A stretch of 64,000 nt of DNA, from the IMG/VR virus record IMGVR_UViG_3300044617_000796, positions 1-64,000 of that record. The stretch is one strand, 5' to 3'. Position numbers and translations under genes: made by a program. Origin of the DNA: a virus. Of the stretch, positions 32,550 to 41,591 are shown piece after piece; the first letter of the stretch is position 1, and each line of letters opens with the position of its first letter. Below the pieces are notes generated by a model that made no database searches, had not been told where the DNA came from, and saw nothing but the letters and a program-made list of their open reading frames with translations.

Positions 32550-32774
32550 TTATCCAAGCATTGCTGCTATTTCTTCCTCTGTTAAACCCAGAGCCGCAAG
32601 TTTTGCAGATCCAGATGCTTTAGCATTTGCTTTTGCGGTTTCAGCAGCATCATTTTCCGCCTGCATTTGAGCCCAGACAGCAGCATCAGCTTCACGCTGT
32701 GCAATTTCTTCTGGTGTAAGATCTACTTCCGTTACCACACCAGTTTCACAATTAACAATTATTTTTTTTGACAT
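32550..32774 (-). CDS. Small fibre-chaperone-like protein
   Basis: 'N..TG....LT.EE...KLAALGLTEEE', paralogous to 37708-37911. Confidence 0.65.
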   Translation of the reverse strand: MSKKIIVNCETGVVTEVDLTPEEIAQREADAAVWAQMQAENDAAETAKANAKASGSAKLAALGLTEEEIAAMLG

Positions 32775-32782
32775 GTTTTCTC

Positions 32783-33289
32783 CTATGTATTAAGAATACC
32801 ATACAGCGATGCTGATGAAAATTCTGCAAAATTTGTTCCGTATGGATCTAGTACAATAGATGTTATTGCAGTATTAGATAGCCATACCCCGACATGCAAT
32901 GCCGTATATGCTGTTGTTCCATTATTTTCAGTGACAGAATCAGTGATTATAGTTTTATAAACAGAGCCAGTGTAGCGAGGTATGTACATCTTACCATTGC
33001 TGAATTGAGATGCTGATGCACTAGATGGGGTAATGCGCATAAGCCAGGGTTGAGATGCAGCAGCACCTGATGCAGCAGAACCATTCCCCTCTGCCAATTT
33101 AAATGAGTAATTTGCAGAGGTTTGATCATTGTTTATAAAAACCTGAAGGGTTGGGTTATCTGTAGTAGCACGACCAGACACTACAAACTCTAAATCGGTA
33201 TATGTTTGTGGTATAGAAGAAAAAGTAATTGTAGACGCTCCTCCAGAACCGACTGTTATTGTTTGGATAAGATTATAAGTAATAGTCAT
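32783..33289 (-). CDS. Beta-sandwich virion protein
   Basis: 'ITFSSIPQTYTDL...TAITSI...SLYGI', paralogous to its neighbours. Confidence 0.65.
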   Translation of the reverse strand: MTITYNLIQTITVGSGGASTITFSSIPQTYTDLEFVVSGRATTDNPTLQVFINNDQTSANYSFKLAEGNGSAASGAAASQPWLMRITPSSASASQFSNGKMYIPRYTGSVYKTIITDSVTENNGTTAYTALHVGVWLSNTAITSIVLDPYGTNFAEFSSASLYGILNT

Positions 33290-33291
33290 AA

Positions 33292-33795
33292 TTATGCAGC
33301 CTTAATACCATATAATGTAAACATTGAACCACTATAAAAATAATTAGCCTGTGTAAAAAGTCTAATAGATGTTATTGCAGATGTATTACGCCAAAGATTA
33401 ATCATAGCATTAGTTTCTTGTGTCCAAACACCATGACGACTTAAAACAGTTTTATATCTTGTTGCATTTGAATATCCTATTACATCAATAACTGTTACTC
33501 CAGTAAGGTCTTGATTTGGTAAATATCCAACGCCAGTAAAGCGCATAAAAGACACAGTGTCTGCTCGTGAACTAGATGCAGAAACGGAACCATCATTGGT
33601 TATGCGAGTGCGAGAATAAAGATTAGTGGTGTCACTATTAAATTGACCCTGGAATTCTGTTGTTGCTGCTGATGCACCACCTTTAAACACAATGCGTAAA
33701 TCTGTATATCCACTACCAAAACTGTTAAAAATAACCTCCTGTGTTGTATTATTAGTTAGCGTTACTGTTTCAATTGAATCATATGTTGCAGCCAT
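33292..33795 (-). CDS. Beta-sandwich virion protein
   Basis: 'YTDLRIV...WRNTSAITSI...TLYGI'. Confidence 0.65.
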   Translation of the reverse strand: MAATYDSIETVTLTNNTTQEVIFNSFGSGYTDLRIVFKGGASAATTEFQGQFNSDTTNLYSRTRITNDGSVSASSSRADTVSFMRFTGVGYLPNQDLTGVTVIDVIGYSNATRYKTVLSRHGVWTQETNAMINLWRNTSAITSIRLFTQANYFYSGSMFTLYGIKAA

Positions 33796-33797
33796 AA

Positions 33798-34415
33798 TTA
33801 TCCTCTAACCCCATAAAGAGCAATTGAAGAATATTCTAGAAATTCTGTAGCATTTACTGATTTGAATGTAATACTTGTTATTGCAGTATTATTAATCCAT
33901 GCGCTTGAAACAAAATCAATGGTACCTCCGCCATTATAATCACATCCACCAATCGCCCTAGTTACTTTATATTTATTTGTATCTGTATAATCCAAAACAT
34001 CCATAATGAAGATGCCAAACATTTGAGATGTCGGTGAGTTACCAAAAAATAAAGGTAGTTGATTACCTACTGCAGGTGCAGTTCCATATCCAAAAGATGA
34101 AGCTGTTGAACCATCTCCTCTTAAACCATGAAGTGTATAATTTGATAATGTTTGATCACTATTAAAATACACATATGCTGAGTCGTATGTTGAAGCCCTA
34201 TCTGACCTCAAGATTCCACGAATATGTAAATGCTTGTATATCTGAGGGATTGAACTAAATGTTATTACACCATTTGAACCACCAGATGGTGCTGTATAGG
34301 AAGCGATAGATTCAAAGCTATTCAGAGTAGTCCAGTTATCGCCTCTCACAGCCCGTCTTTGTTCACGAAGCTGCCAGCGACCAGATGCGCCAGATGGACT
34401 TGGAAATTGCGCCAT
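33798..34415 (-). CDS. Beta-sandwich virion protein ('MAQFPS' anchor)
   Basis: 'ITFSSIPQIYKHL...TAITSI...ALYGV'. Confidence 0.65.
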   Translation of the reverse strand: MAQFPSPSGASGRWQLREQRRAVRGDNWTTLNSFESIASYTAPSGGSNGVITFSSIPQIYKHLHIRGILRSDRASTYDSAYVYFNSDQTLSNYTLHGLRGDGSTASSFGYGTAPAVGNQLPLFFGNSPTSQMFGIFIMDVLDYTDTNKYKVTRAIGGCDYNGGGTIDFVSSAWINNTAITSITFKSVNATEFLEYSSIALYGVRG

Positions 34416-34417
34416 AG

Positions 34418-34771
34418 TTACGAGATTTCCTCGTAACTACACACTGCCTCCAGCTTCAGCGTTGTGCTACCGAAAGCACGAAGGGAGTCACCTTCTTCAA
34501 GATAAATAGCTTTTGTTAATACATCCATTGTTGCACCTGCTGGAACAACGAGTTGGTAAGCAATACGATATGCGGTTGATGAACGATACAAGTCAAGAGT
34601 AAGAGAATAGTTAGATGTTCCATCAACATTGGAGACATAAAGTGAGTTAACTTTAAACACCTTCCCGCTACCGCCGCTATTTGTTACAATTGCTGCTGCG
34701 CTTGCGGTAAGAACAGCAACTGCTGTCTTTCCTGTAATTGTTGTTACACCTACAATATTTGGTGCTGCCAT
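34418..34771 (-). CDS. Small beta-rich virion adaptor protein
   Basis: 'SNVDGT...VPAGAT...IYLEEGDSL', distantly similar to 38568-38906 and 40018-40350. Confidence 0.6.
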   Translation of the reverse strand: MAAPNIVGVTTITGKTAVAVLTASAAAIVTNSGGSGKVFKVNSLYVSNVDGTSNYSLTLDLYRSSTAYRIAYQLVVPAGATMDVLTKAIYLEEGDSLRAFGSTTLKLEAVCSYEEIS

Positions 34772-34774
34772 AAT

Positions 34775-35299
34775 CTATCCTCCAAAAACAATTGACATTG
34801 CAATTGCTTTACCTGTTGATGCAGGTGTAAAACCTAAGTTTGTTGCAGCAACATTGGCTGCTAATTGTGTATTCGTAATTGTTGCATTTGCAATCTGTGT
34901 ATTTGTAATTGTTGCATTTGCAACTTGTGTTGCCGTAATCGTAGCATTTGCTATTTGTGTAGCGGTGATTGTCGCATTTGCAATGTGCGCACTTGTGATA
35001 GCTGTATTTGCAATATGCGCACTTGTAATAGTTGCGTTTGCAATTTTTGCGGATGTAACCGCAGCATTTGCGATCTGTGTATCTGTAATGGTAGTGTTTG
35101 CAATTTGTGTAGCGGTAATCGTAGCATTTGCAATTTTTGCGGCTGTAATTGTTGTATTTGCAATCAAATCATTGGTGATTGAACCATTTGACATCGCTTG
35201 CACAAAAGCTTGCCAGGTATCACCTGTCCATGTCCAGCTTCTTCCGCCAGATGTAAAGACATCATTTGTTGCTGGGGAATCTGGGAAGTTAATTGCCAT
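34775..35299 (-). CDS. Fibre shaft protein with 10-aa repeats
   Basis: 'FPDSP' anchor, about 11 copies of IANxTITxxx, ends 'KAIAMSIVFGG'. Confidence 0.7.
   Translation of the reverse strand: MAINFPDSPATNDVFTSGGRSWTWTGDTWQAFVQAMSNGSITNDLIANTTITAAKIANATITATQIANTTITDTQIANAAVTSAKIANATITSAHIANTAITSAHIANATITATQIANATITATQVANATITNTQIANATITNTQLAANVAATNLGFTPASTGKAIAMSIVFGG
34860..35170 (-). repeat. Degenerate 30-bp coding tandem repeat (IANATITxxx)
   Basis: 'tttgcaat' recurs every 30 nt on the + strand. Confidence 0.85.
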
Positions 35300-35354
35300 T
35301 ATGTCTCCTATTCTACCACTTATGCGGTTTTAAATCTAATATGGGTAATAGCCA

Positions 35355-36293
35355 TTATGGGACCACCAAGCTCCCCGAACCAGTAAATGTGTGAATGATG
35401 TAACCACCAAACGAAGTGACAGTACCGCCAGTAGCAATTTGATAGTTACTTAAATACCTGACAATAACAATACCTGAACCACCACCTCCACTCGCACCAC
35501 CACCAGAACCAGTATTTATTGCACCAGCAGAACCAGATGCACCACCAATACCACTTGCACTACTAGTGTTGCTGTTGCCAGAACCGCCTGCGGCTCTGAA
35601 TGTAGGAGTTCCAGTAATAGAAGATTGAAGTCCACCACCACCAGTTGCAGTAGCATTACCTGATGCGTTTGTTGCAGTTCCACCTACGGCACCTGCACCA
35701 CCACCTCCGCCACCTCCGTCAATTAATGCCGCACTGATACCTGTACCACCTGCGTAACCTTGAGTCGGAGAAACTGCTGCACCACCAGTGCCACCGCTAC
35801 CACCACCAGCTTTACCTGAACCACCACCACCAGAACCGCCAGCGGTTCCGTTGACTGGGTTTCCAGAACCACCAGCACCGCCGCCAGTTGAGGTGATAGA
35901 GCCGAAAACGGAATTTTGACCGCTGGCATTTGCAGCACCACCACCACCTACTGTTACGGTATATGTTCCTGGGCTAAGAACTAAAGATGATTCAGCTGAA
36001 CCTCCACCTCCAGTTGTTTCTCCAGTTACCGAATTACGATAACCACCTGCACCACCACCACCACCAAATGTGGTTCCACCACCACCACCGCCTGCAACAA
36101 CTAGATATTGAACTGTTAGATTTGTTGAATGCAATACTCCAGCAGACCATGCAGAACCCAGCCAAACTCTCATAACATTAGTATCTGTTTCAAAAATAAC
36201 CTGACCCGTATAAGGACTAGCAGGGCGTGTTGTGCTGGTGCAAACAGCGGGTTGAATAATTGATTGTGCTCCAGTAATATTGTTAATAGCCAT
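35355..36293 (-). CDS. Glycine-rich virion protein ('CTSTTRP' anchor)
   Basis: 'VCTSTTRPASPYTGQVIFETDTN' followed by a Gly-rich body. Confidence 0.75.
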   Translation of the reverse strand: MAINNITGAQSIIQPAVCTSTTRPASPYTGQVIFETDTNVMRVWLGSAWSAGVLHSTNLTVQYLVVAGGGGGGTTFGGGGGAGGYRNSVTGETTGGGGSAESSLVLSPGTYTVTVGGGGAANASGQNSVFGSITSTGGGAGGSGNPVNGTAGGSGGGGSGKAGGGSGGTGGAAVSPTQGYAGGTGISAALIDGGGGGGGAGAVGGTATNASGNATATGGGGLQSSITGTPTFRAAGGSGNSNTSSASGIGGASGSAGAINTGSGGGASGGGGSGIVIVRYLSNYQIATGGTVTSFGGYIIHTFTGSGSLVVP

Positions 36294-37267
36294 TATGAGA
36301 TCACCAAGCTCCCCGATGCGGTAAATGTATGAACTGTGTATAGACCTGAAGTTGTTTTAGTTCCACCAGTAATAGTAAGTCCAGTAACAAGAGCTGTTAA
36401 ATAACGAATGATAACAATTCCTGAACCACCTGCACCACCAGAAGGTGTTGCACCACCAAAACCGCCAGCACCACCACCGCCACCACCAGTATTCGCTGTG
36501 CCAGCAGTACCAGCAGCAGCCCCATTTGAACCAGCACCACCACCACCCGAACCACCAGCACCCCCAGTAGAACTGCCTGTGCCACCACCACCGCCTGCTC
36601 TTGTTACTGCAGAACCAGTGATTGATGAGGAAAGACCAGCACCACCTGCACCGCCAATATTATTGGCGCTTGTTGTCCCACCTACTGCACTCGCACCACC
36701 GCCGCCAGCATAACTACCGCTTATACTGTTACCACCAGCAAAACCTTGTGATGTAGTTCTCGCACCGCCAGTTGTACTAATATTGTTTGCACCGCCGCCA
36801 GAGCCACCAGTGCCAGATGCATTTAAACCTGCTCCCCGACCACCACCTTTAGAAACAATACCAAAAATTTCGCTATCCAAACCCACAGTATCTGATGCAC
36901 CACCAGCACCAACCGTAACGGCGTATGTGCCAACATCAAAACTAAGTGCAAAAGGAGATTCTAGCGTTCCACCACCACCAGTTGCTTCTCCAGCAACAGA
37001 TGAGCGATAACCACCCGCTCCACCACCACCGCCGCTGTAAGTAGAACCATCTGTTCTTCCACCGCCTCCACCACCTGCGATTATAAGGTATTCAACATTA
37101 AATGTTGTTCCATGTGTATACCCAGTTGACCATTCAGAACCCAACCAAACTTTCATTCGGTTAGTATCTGTTTCAAAAATAACTTGACCTAAATAAGGAT
37201 TAGAAGGTCGTGCGGTTGATAAACAAACGCCAGCCTGAATACCTTGAGTAGTCGTTGTAATAGCCAT
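36293..37267 (-). CDS. Glycine-rich virion protein ('CTSTTRP' anchor)
   Basis: Probable start at ATG 37267 (TAATG coupling); 'VCLSTARPSNPYLGQVIFETDTN'. Confidence 0.75.
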   Translation of the reverse strand: MAITTTTQGIQAGVCLSTARPSNPYLGQVIFETDTNRMKVWLGSEWSTGYTHGTTFNVEYLIIAGGGGGGRTDGSTYSGGGGGAGGYRSSVAGEATGGGGTLESPFALSFDVGTYAVTVGAGGASDTVGLDSEIFGIVSKGGGRGAGLNASGTGGSGGGANNISTTGGARTTSQGFAGGNSISGSYAGGGGASAVGGTTSANNIGGAGGAGLSSSITGSAVTRAGGGGGTGSSTGGAGGSGGGGAGSNGAAAGTAGTANTGGGGGGAGGFGGATPSGGAGGSGIVIIRYLTALVTGLTITGGTKTTSGLYTVHTFTASGSLVIS

Positions 37268-37425
37268 TAGAGTGTTTGTCCTACTGACCAAGCACTGCCC
37301 AGCCAAACTTTCAATAGATTTGTATCAGTCTCGTAAATCATTTGCCCAACATAAGGTGCTTCAGGGCGTGTAGTGCTAGTGCAAACACCATTTTTTGTTT
37401 GTCCTCGTGCTACCTTGATACCCAT
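37267..37425 (-). CDS. 52-aa stand-alone 'CTSTTRP' anchor module (absent from the ORF track)
   Basis: Manual translation: MGIKVARGQTKNGVCTSTTRPEAPYVGQMIYETDTNLLKVWLGSAWSVGQTL*. TAATG-coupled at both ends. Confidence 0.75.
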   Translation of the reverse strand: MGIKVARGQTKNGVCTSTTRPEAPYVGQMIYETDTNLLKVWLGSAWSVGQTL

Positions 37426-37706
37426 TACGGTTCAACAACCTCATCTTCTGATGTATCTTCTGTTGAGTAAGATGGTGCAATAAATTTATCAAGCTGTGAA
37501 TCATAACGATAACCAACACCCGCATAATATCCACGGAAATTATTATTGTATGATGTTTGTCTCCATTCACCATCTAGACCAATTGAAGCAATAAATGCTT
37601 GACCAACTGGTTCTGATTCTGGGAACTCCAGGTTCCCGCAATCTTCGTTGGAGACAACAATAACTTGTACTACTGTGTCTCCTGTTATTTTTGCAAAATG
37701 TGCCAT
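37425..37706 (-). CDS. 'MAHF' family small protein, copy 1
   Basis: 'WRQTSYNNNFRGYYAGVGY'. Confidence 0.7.
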   Translation of the reverse strand: MAHFAKITGDTVVQVIVVSNEDCGNLEFPESEPVGQAFIASIGLDGEWRQTSYNNNFRGYYAGVGYRYDSQLDKFIAPSYSTEDTSEDEVVEP

Positions 37707-37707
37707 A

Positions 37708-37911
37708 TTATTCTCCTAACAATAGTTGTGCTTCTTCTTCTGTAATACCCAATTTTTCTAACAAAGCCTGTCTTGCGGTTGCTTTAACGGCTTGCGCTTG
37801 GGTGCGTTGCACGACTTTGGCTTGTTGTGCTTGTAGTTCGCTGTCAGTCATTTCTCTTTCAGTTGTTTGACCTGTTGCGTGGTTATAGGTGCTAACGATT
37901 GGATTTGTCAT
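37708..37911 (-). CDS. Small fibre-chaperone-like protein
   Basis: 'N.ATG...REMT...LLEKLGITEEEA'. Confidence 0.65.
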   Translation of the reverse strand: MTNPIVSTYNHATGQTTEREMTDSELQAQQAKVVQRTQAQAVKATARQALLEKLGITEEEAQLLLGE

Positions 37912-37917
37912 AGTTCC

Positions 37918-38568
37918 TCAACTGTTGCTGTAGCCGTAAAGCTTGTAAGTTCCGTCATCAAAGTTTCCTGCGCCGCTTACAAAAATAGAAAAACCATCAA
38001 ACGAAGTTGTTGCGTTAAAATATCCCATGTAAACACCTGCGTTTTCGCTGTAATTGTATGCGCTATGGAAAGTTGTTAGCGCAGTAAGTTGCGGCGAACC
38101 TATCTGTATAACGAAACTGGCGGCGCTGTTTGCGCCAGAAATACCACCAACACCAAAAGCATCATCCGCTGTATTGGCTGCGGGTGATACAGAACTCGTG
38201 TAACCGTTTAAAATTGATGCCCATTTATAGTTTGTAGTTGTGTTTGTTGTGCCGCCAGTACGCATACCCAACTCAAACAAATACGCACCAGCGGTTGTCA
38301 CTGATGCGTTATTTATCATCAGCAAATAATTGCTATAGGTAGAGGTAAAAACGCTGTCCACATTTCTTGTAGCCGTACCCGACAATGTGCCACCAGTAAT
38401 GTACTGCAAACCGTTTTGTGTAACCCAAGCCGAACCGTTATATGCCGCCAAACGAGTCGTATCAGTCTCATAAATAAGTTGACCAGTAAATGGTGAGGAG
38501 GGCTTGGTTGTGCTCGTGCACACACCAGGTCTTTGTGAACCTATACCGATGCCGCTTGAGTAACCCAT
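37918..38568 (-). CDS. Beta-sandwich virion protein ('CTSTTRP' anchor)
   Basis: Anchor plus 'VFTSTYSNY...SFDGF...KLYGY' head. Confidence 0.65.
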   Translation of the reverse strand: MGYSSGIGIGSQRPGVCTSTTKPSSPFTGQLIYETDTTRLAAYNGSAWVTQNGLQYITGGTLSGTATRNVDSVFTSTYSNYLLMINNASVTTAGAYLFELGMRTGGTTNTTTNYKWASILNGYTSSVSPAANTADDAFGVGGISGANSAASFVIQIGSPQLTALTTFHSAYNYSENAGVYMGYFNATTSFDGFSIFVSGAGNFDDGTYKLYGYSNS

Positions 38569-38906
38569 TACGCTGTCTGCTTTTCCCAGCCGACAACAGT
38601 AACTGTTACCTTGGCTGCTGTGTCCGATAGTCCTTGTAGTGTCTCACCTGCGTTCAGTACCAAAGCGGTATCCCAAATCATTACATCATTGGCACCAATA
38701 GGTAGTGCTGAAAGCAAGCGGTTTGCAGCAGTAGCTGCAGAACCAATCGCCAGTGTTACTGTGCGATCAATTGTGTCTGTGTTGGTAATAATTATCTGCT
38801 TGATAACTTCTGCATAGCCAGTCGCTGCTGTACAAATAGTTGTTGTTGTATTGCCTAGTTGAGTTGGTCCACCCAGTCTAGATTCAACTCTGTCTCCTAC
38901 TGCCAT
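38568..38906 (-). CDS. Small beta-rich virion adaptor protein
   Basis: 'IKQIIITNTD...LVLNAGETL'. Confidence 0.6.
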   Translation of the reverse strand: MAVGDRVESRLGGPTQLGNTTTTICTAATGYAEVIKQIIITNTDTIDRTVTLAIGSAATAANRLLSALPIGANDVMIWDTALVLNAGETLQGLSDTAAKVTVTVVGWEKQTA

Positions 38907-38909
38907 ACT

Positions 38910-40025
38910 TTACGCTCCTATATCCATAATAATCAAAGCCGCATTTCTTGTGTCAGTCATAACATCTGAACTGACTGTTGCATTAATCCATGCGCTACCA
39001 TTCCATTGTAGCACTTGACCAGAACTTGCGCTAGTGATTGTTACATCACCAACATCATCAAGGGCATTAATTGTTGGAATTGATGCCCATTCAAGACCTG
39101 TTGTGGTTGATGAATTTGCTTTTAAAAAATAACCATTAGTTCCGACTGCTAGTCTGTCTAAAGTATTGTCAGCGGTGCCTACGAGTAAATCACCTTTTGC
39201 ATTAATAATTGACAAAAGGCTATTTATTGCTAATGCACCAACTTCAACCCAAACTGAGTCGTAGTAAACATAGGTACCGCCATCTGATGAGTCATACCAG
39301 AACTGACCAGGAATTGGGTTAGAAGGAGCAGTATCTCCTACATAGGCAGCTGTACCGCTTGCTCCAATTTCAATCCAATGAGAATCATAATAAACATAAG
39401 TAGCGGCAGTATCTGACTCAAACCAGACTTGACCAGCAACTGGGCTTGTTGGAGCAGTGTCAGATATTGTTGCACCGCCAGCTCCCAGGTCTGTGTAGTT
39501 TGTTCCATCATTTGTGAACTGCCATTTATCTGTGGATTCATCCCAGCGAATAAAGACATTCGTAGAAGTGCCTCGTTCAATCTCAATACCCGAATTTAAT
39601 GTCGGAGAACTAGTCTCGCCAGAATTAAGAAGGATAAAACTATCTTCAACATTAAGATTGGCGGTATTAAGAGTAGTAGTGTTTCCGCTAACAATCAAAT
39701 CACCAGACACTGTTAGATTGGCAAATGTCACATCCGAGTTTGCCAAGGTGAGTGTACCGCTCGCATCTGGGAGGCTGACGGTCCTATCGGCTGTTGGGTC
39801 AACAACGGTTAGGATTGTTTCAAAACCATCAGCCGTACTACCTTCAAAATAAATCACATGGGGTTCTGGAAGATAGATGCCATGAATAACTGGGGTTTGA
39901 CCAGTTGCTGTAATCGTTGGTCCATTAATAATCGGAGTAGTAAGTGTTTTGTTAGAAAGCGTTTGGGTGCTATCTAAATCAACAGAGAGTGTATCGTTAA
40001 TTAAATCTTTATTAAGATTAGGCAT
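38910..40025 (-). CDS. Fibre-like virion protein with repeated 'DTAP.SP..GQ.W.DS...TYVYYDS.W.E.G' modules
   Basis: Internal duplicated module; shares 'LTVSGDLIV.GNTTTLNTA.L.VED' with 21887-22951. Confidence 0.65.
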   Translation of the reverse strand: MPNLNKDLINDTLSVDLDSTQTLSNKTLTTPIINGPTITATGQTPVIHGIYLPEPHVIYFEGSTADGFETILTVVDPTADRTVSLPDASGTLTLANSDVTFANLTVSGDLIVSGNTTTLNTANLNVEDSFILLNSGETSSPTLNSGIEIERGTSTNVFIRWDESTDKWQFTNDGTNYTDLGAGGATISDTAPTSPVAGQVWFESDTAATYVYYDSHWIEIGASGTAAYVGDTAPSNPIPGQFWYDSSDGGTYVYYDSVWVEVGALAINSLLSIINAKGDLLVGTADNTLDRLAVGTNGYFLKANSSTTTGLEWASIPTINALDDVGDVTITSASSGQVLQWNGSAWINATVSSDVMTDTRNAALIIMDIGA

Positions 40026-40350
40026 ATTCTACACCGCTAATTGTAAATGTCACAGCGTTAGCTGTAACTTGATCAACATAGATTTTACTATTAGCAGGTA
40101 TGACTATAGATGTATTATAGTAAACAACATTATTTGCCAACACATTCACATTGCTTATGACCTTGTTATTTGCTGCAGCAGTTGCTGCTCCAACAAGAAT
40201 GTGAATGCTACATACAGCATTAGATGCAGTTGCATTGCAAAGATTAATATTTTTGATAATTGAATAATTACCAACAACATTAGCTGTTGTGTAGGCGTTA
40301 GTAGCCTGCTCGTTTCCAATATAAAAACTTTTTGGTGTTAAGTTAGCCAT
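40018..40350 (-). CDS. Small beta-rich virion adaptor protein
   Basis: 'IIKNINLCN...TISGVEY'. Confidence 0.6.
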   Translation of the reverse strand: MANLTPKSFYIGNEQATNAYTTANVVGNYSIIKNINLCNATASNAVCSIHILVGAATAAANNKVISNVNVLANNVVYYNTSIVIPANSKIYVDQVTANAVTFTISGVEYA

Positions 40351-40692
40351 TTATGCCCCCATCCATACTAAAACTTCATTATCATATGTTGTAGTATTCA
40401 TATCCTGGATAACCGCTGCGTCAAGAACATGGTCAACATAAACTCCAGATGTGTGAGCTATCGCTGTTGTGCCATCATAACCCCTCTGCTCAACAGCAAG
40501 GGTGTTTGATGATCTTGAAGAGATTAAAACTTTTTCTTCGCCAGCAGAACCACGGTTAATAACAATAACAAATGGATTGTTCCCACTAGGGTATGTTGAA
40601 CCATCCAACACAGCAATGCTTGCAGCTGTATTTGAAATGTTGGCAGATAATGTTGTTCTCAATACAGAACCACTAAATTCTCTTCTCAACAT
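40351..40692 (-). CDS. Virion protein
   Basis: 'TTLSANI...EKVL...L.VEQRGYDGT.A.AH' domain, also present inside the 7-3357 protein. Confidence 0.6.
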   Translation of the reverse strand: MLRREFSGSVLRTTLSANISNTAASIAVLDGSTYPSGNNPFVIVINRGSAGEEKVLISSRSSNTLAVEQRGYDGTTAIAHTSGVYVDHVLDAAVIQDMNTTTYDNEVLVWMGA

Positions 40693-40700
40693 AATCCTCC

Positions 40701-41084
40701 TTAATCAATACTTACAGAAAGACTGCCTGTTGCAATTCTTAATGTGTCACCCGCATCTGTGGTTTTGTTAGTTGTTAGACCACCGTACAGCAACATGTTG
40801 CCAGATGTAATTGCGTCAAAAATTCCAATTGCTACTGTCGTAGCAGCTGGCATGCCAGCAAAGTCAATGTTACTATCATTTGTTGTAGCACCAGAAGATG
40901 CAGCGCCAAAAGTAGCCGCTTGACGAGCATACGAACCGCCAGTTACTTCTGTTCCACCACCAGCTTCGCCTGGGGTAACAGTAAAGAGACCTACATAAAC
41001 AGCCGATGGCTTTGTATATGTTGTTGTACCAAGAAAGTGATCAATCAATTTGCTTTCAAGATAGTTTGTTAGATTGCCTGCCAC
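40701..41084 (-). CDS. Conserved phage virion protein
   Basis: 'YVGLFT..P...GTEVTGGSYARQ...FDA.TSGNML' pattern. Confidence 0.65.
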   Translation of the reverse strand: MAGNLTNYLESKLIDHFLGTTTYTKPSAVYVGLFTVTPGEAGGGTEVTGGSYARQAATFGAASSGATTNDSNIDFAGMPAATTVAIGIFDAITSGNMLLYGGLTTNKTTDAGDTLRIATGSLSVSID

Positions 41085-41086
41085 TA

Positions 41087-41467
41087 TTAATCCTCCAGAT
41101 TATTATAATACATTTCCTTTTCTTCGTCATTAGGCAATCTAAAGTTTTCAAGAGATAGAAGCTGTTTGGCTTCCTCTAATGGGACTTCTGCCATTTTTCT
41201 TCTTTGAGAAAAGCGAAATCCAGAACTAGTTGAATAACCAGCTCCGCTTTCAAATAAAACCAGTACAGTTCCATTGCTAGTGATAGTTTCTTGAACTGGT
41301 CTTTCGTGAACAGTTCCTTCTTGCACTACACCATCACCGTCACCGTCAACTGCATCTTCTTTAAATTCAACTGGTTCTGTAACTTTCTTTGCTACAGCTT
41401 TTTTAGCTACAGCTTTCTTCGGTTTATTAATTTTTTCGGATGTTACACTTGTTTCGTTGTTAGTCAT
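41087..41467 (-). CDS. Hypothetical protein (Lys/Ala-rich, 'DGDGDG.VQ.GT..ERP' motif)
   Basis: Leaderless-type start at 41467 after TGgTAGGAT. Confidence 0.6.
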   Translation of the reverse strand: MTNNETSVTSEKINKPKKAVAKKAVAKKVTEPVEFKEDAVDGDGDGVVQEGTVHERPVQETITSNGTVLVLFESGAGYSTSSGFRFSQRRKMAEVPLEEAKQLLSLENFRLPNDEEKEMYYNNLED

Positions 41468-41538
41468 AATATCAATCCTACCACTCATAACCATATAAAT
41501 CAATTGACTTCCTATGGATAATTTTACTTCAGTATAGA

Positions 41539-41568
41539 TAAAAGGCGGGGCTTGAATTAGCCCCGCCC
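41539..41568 (-). terminator. Intrinsic terminator after the major capsid gene
   Basis: GGCGGGGCT-aattca-AGCCCCGCC followed by TTTT on the minus strand. Confidence 0.8.
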
Positions 41569-41591
41569 AATATCTACTTTAATTGTTTAAA

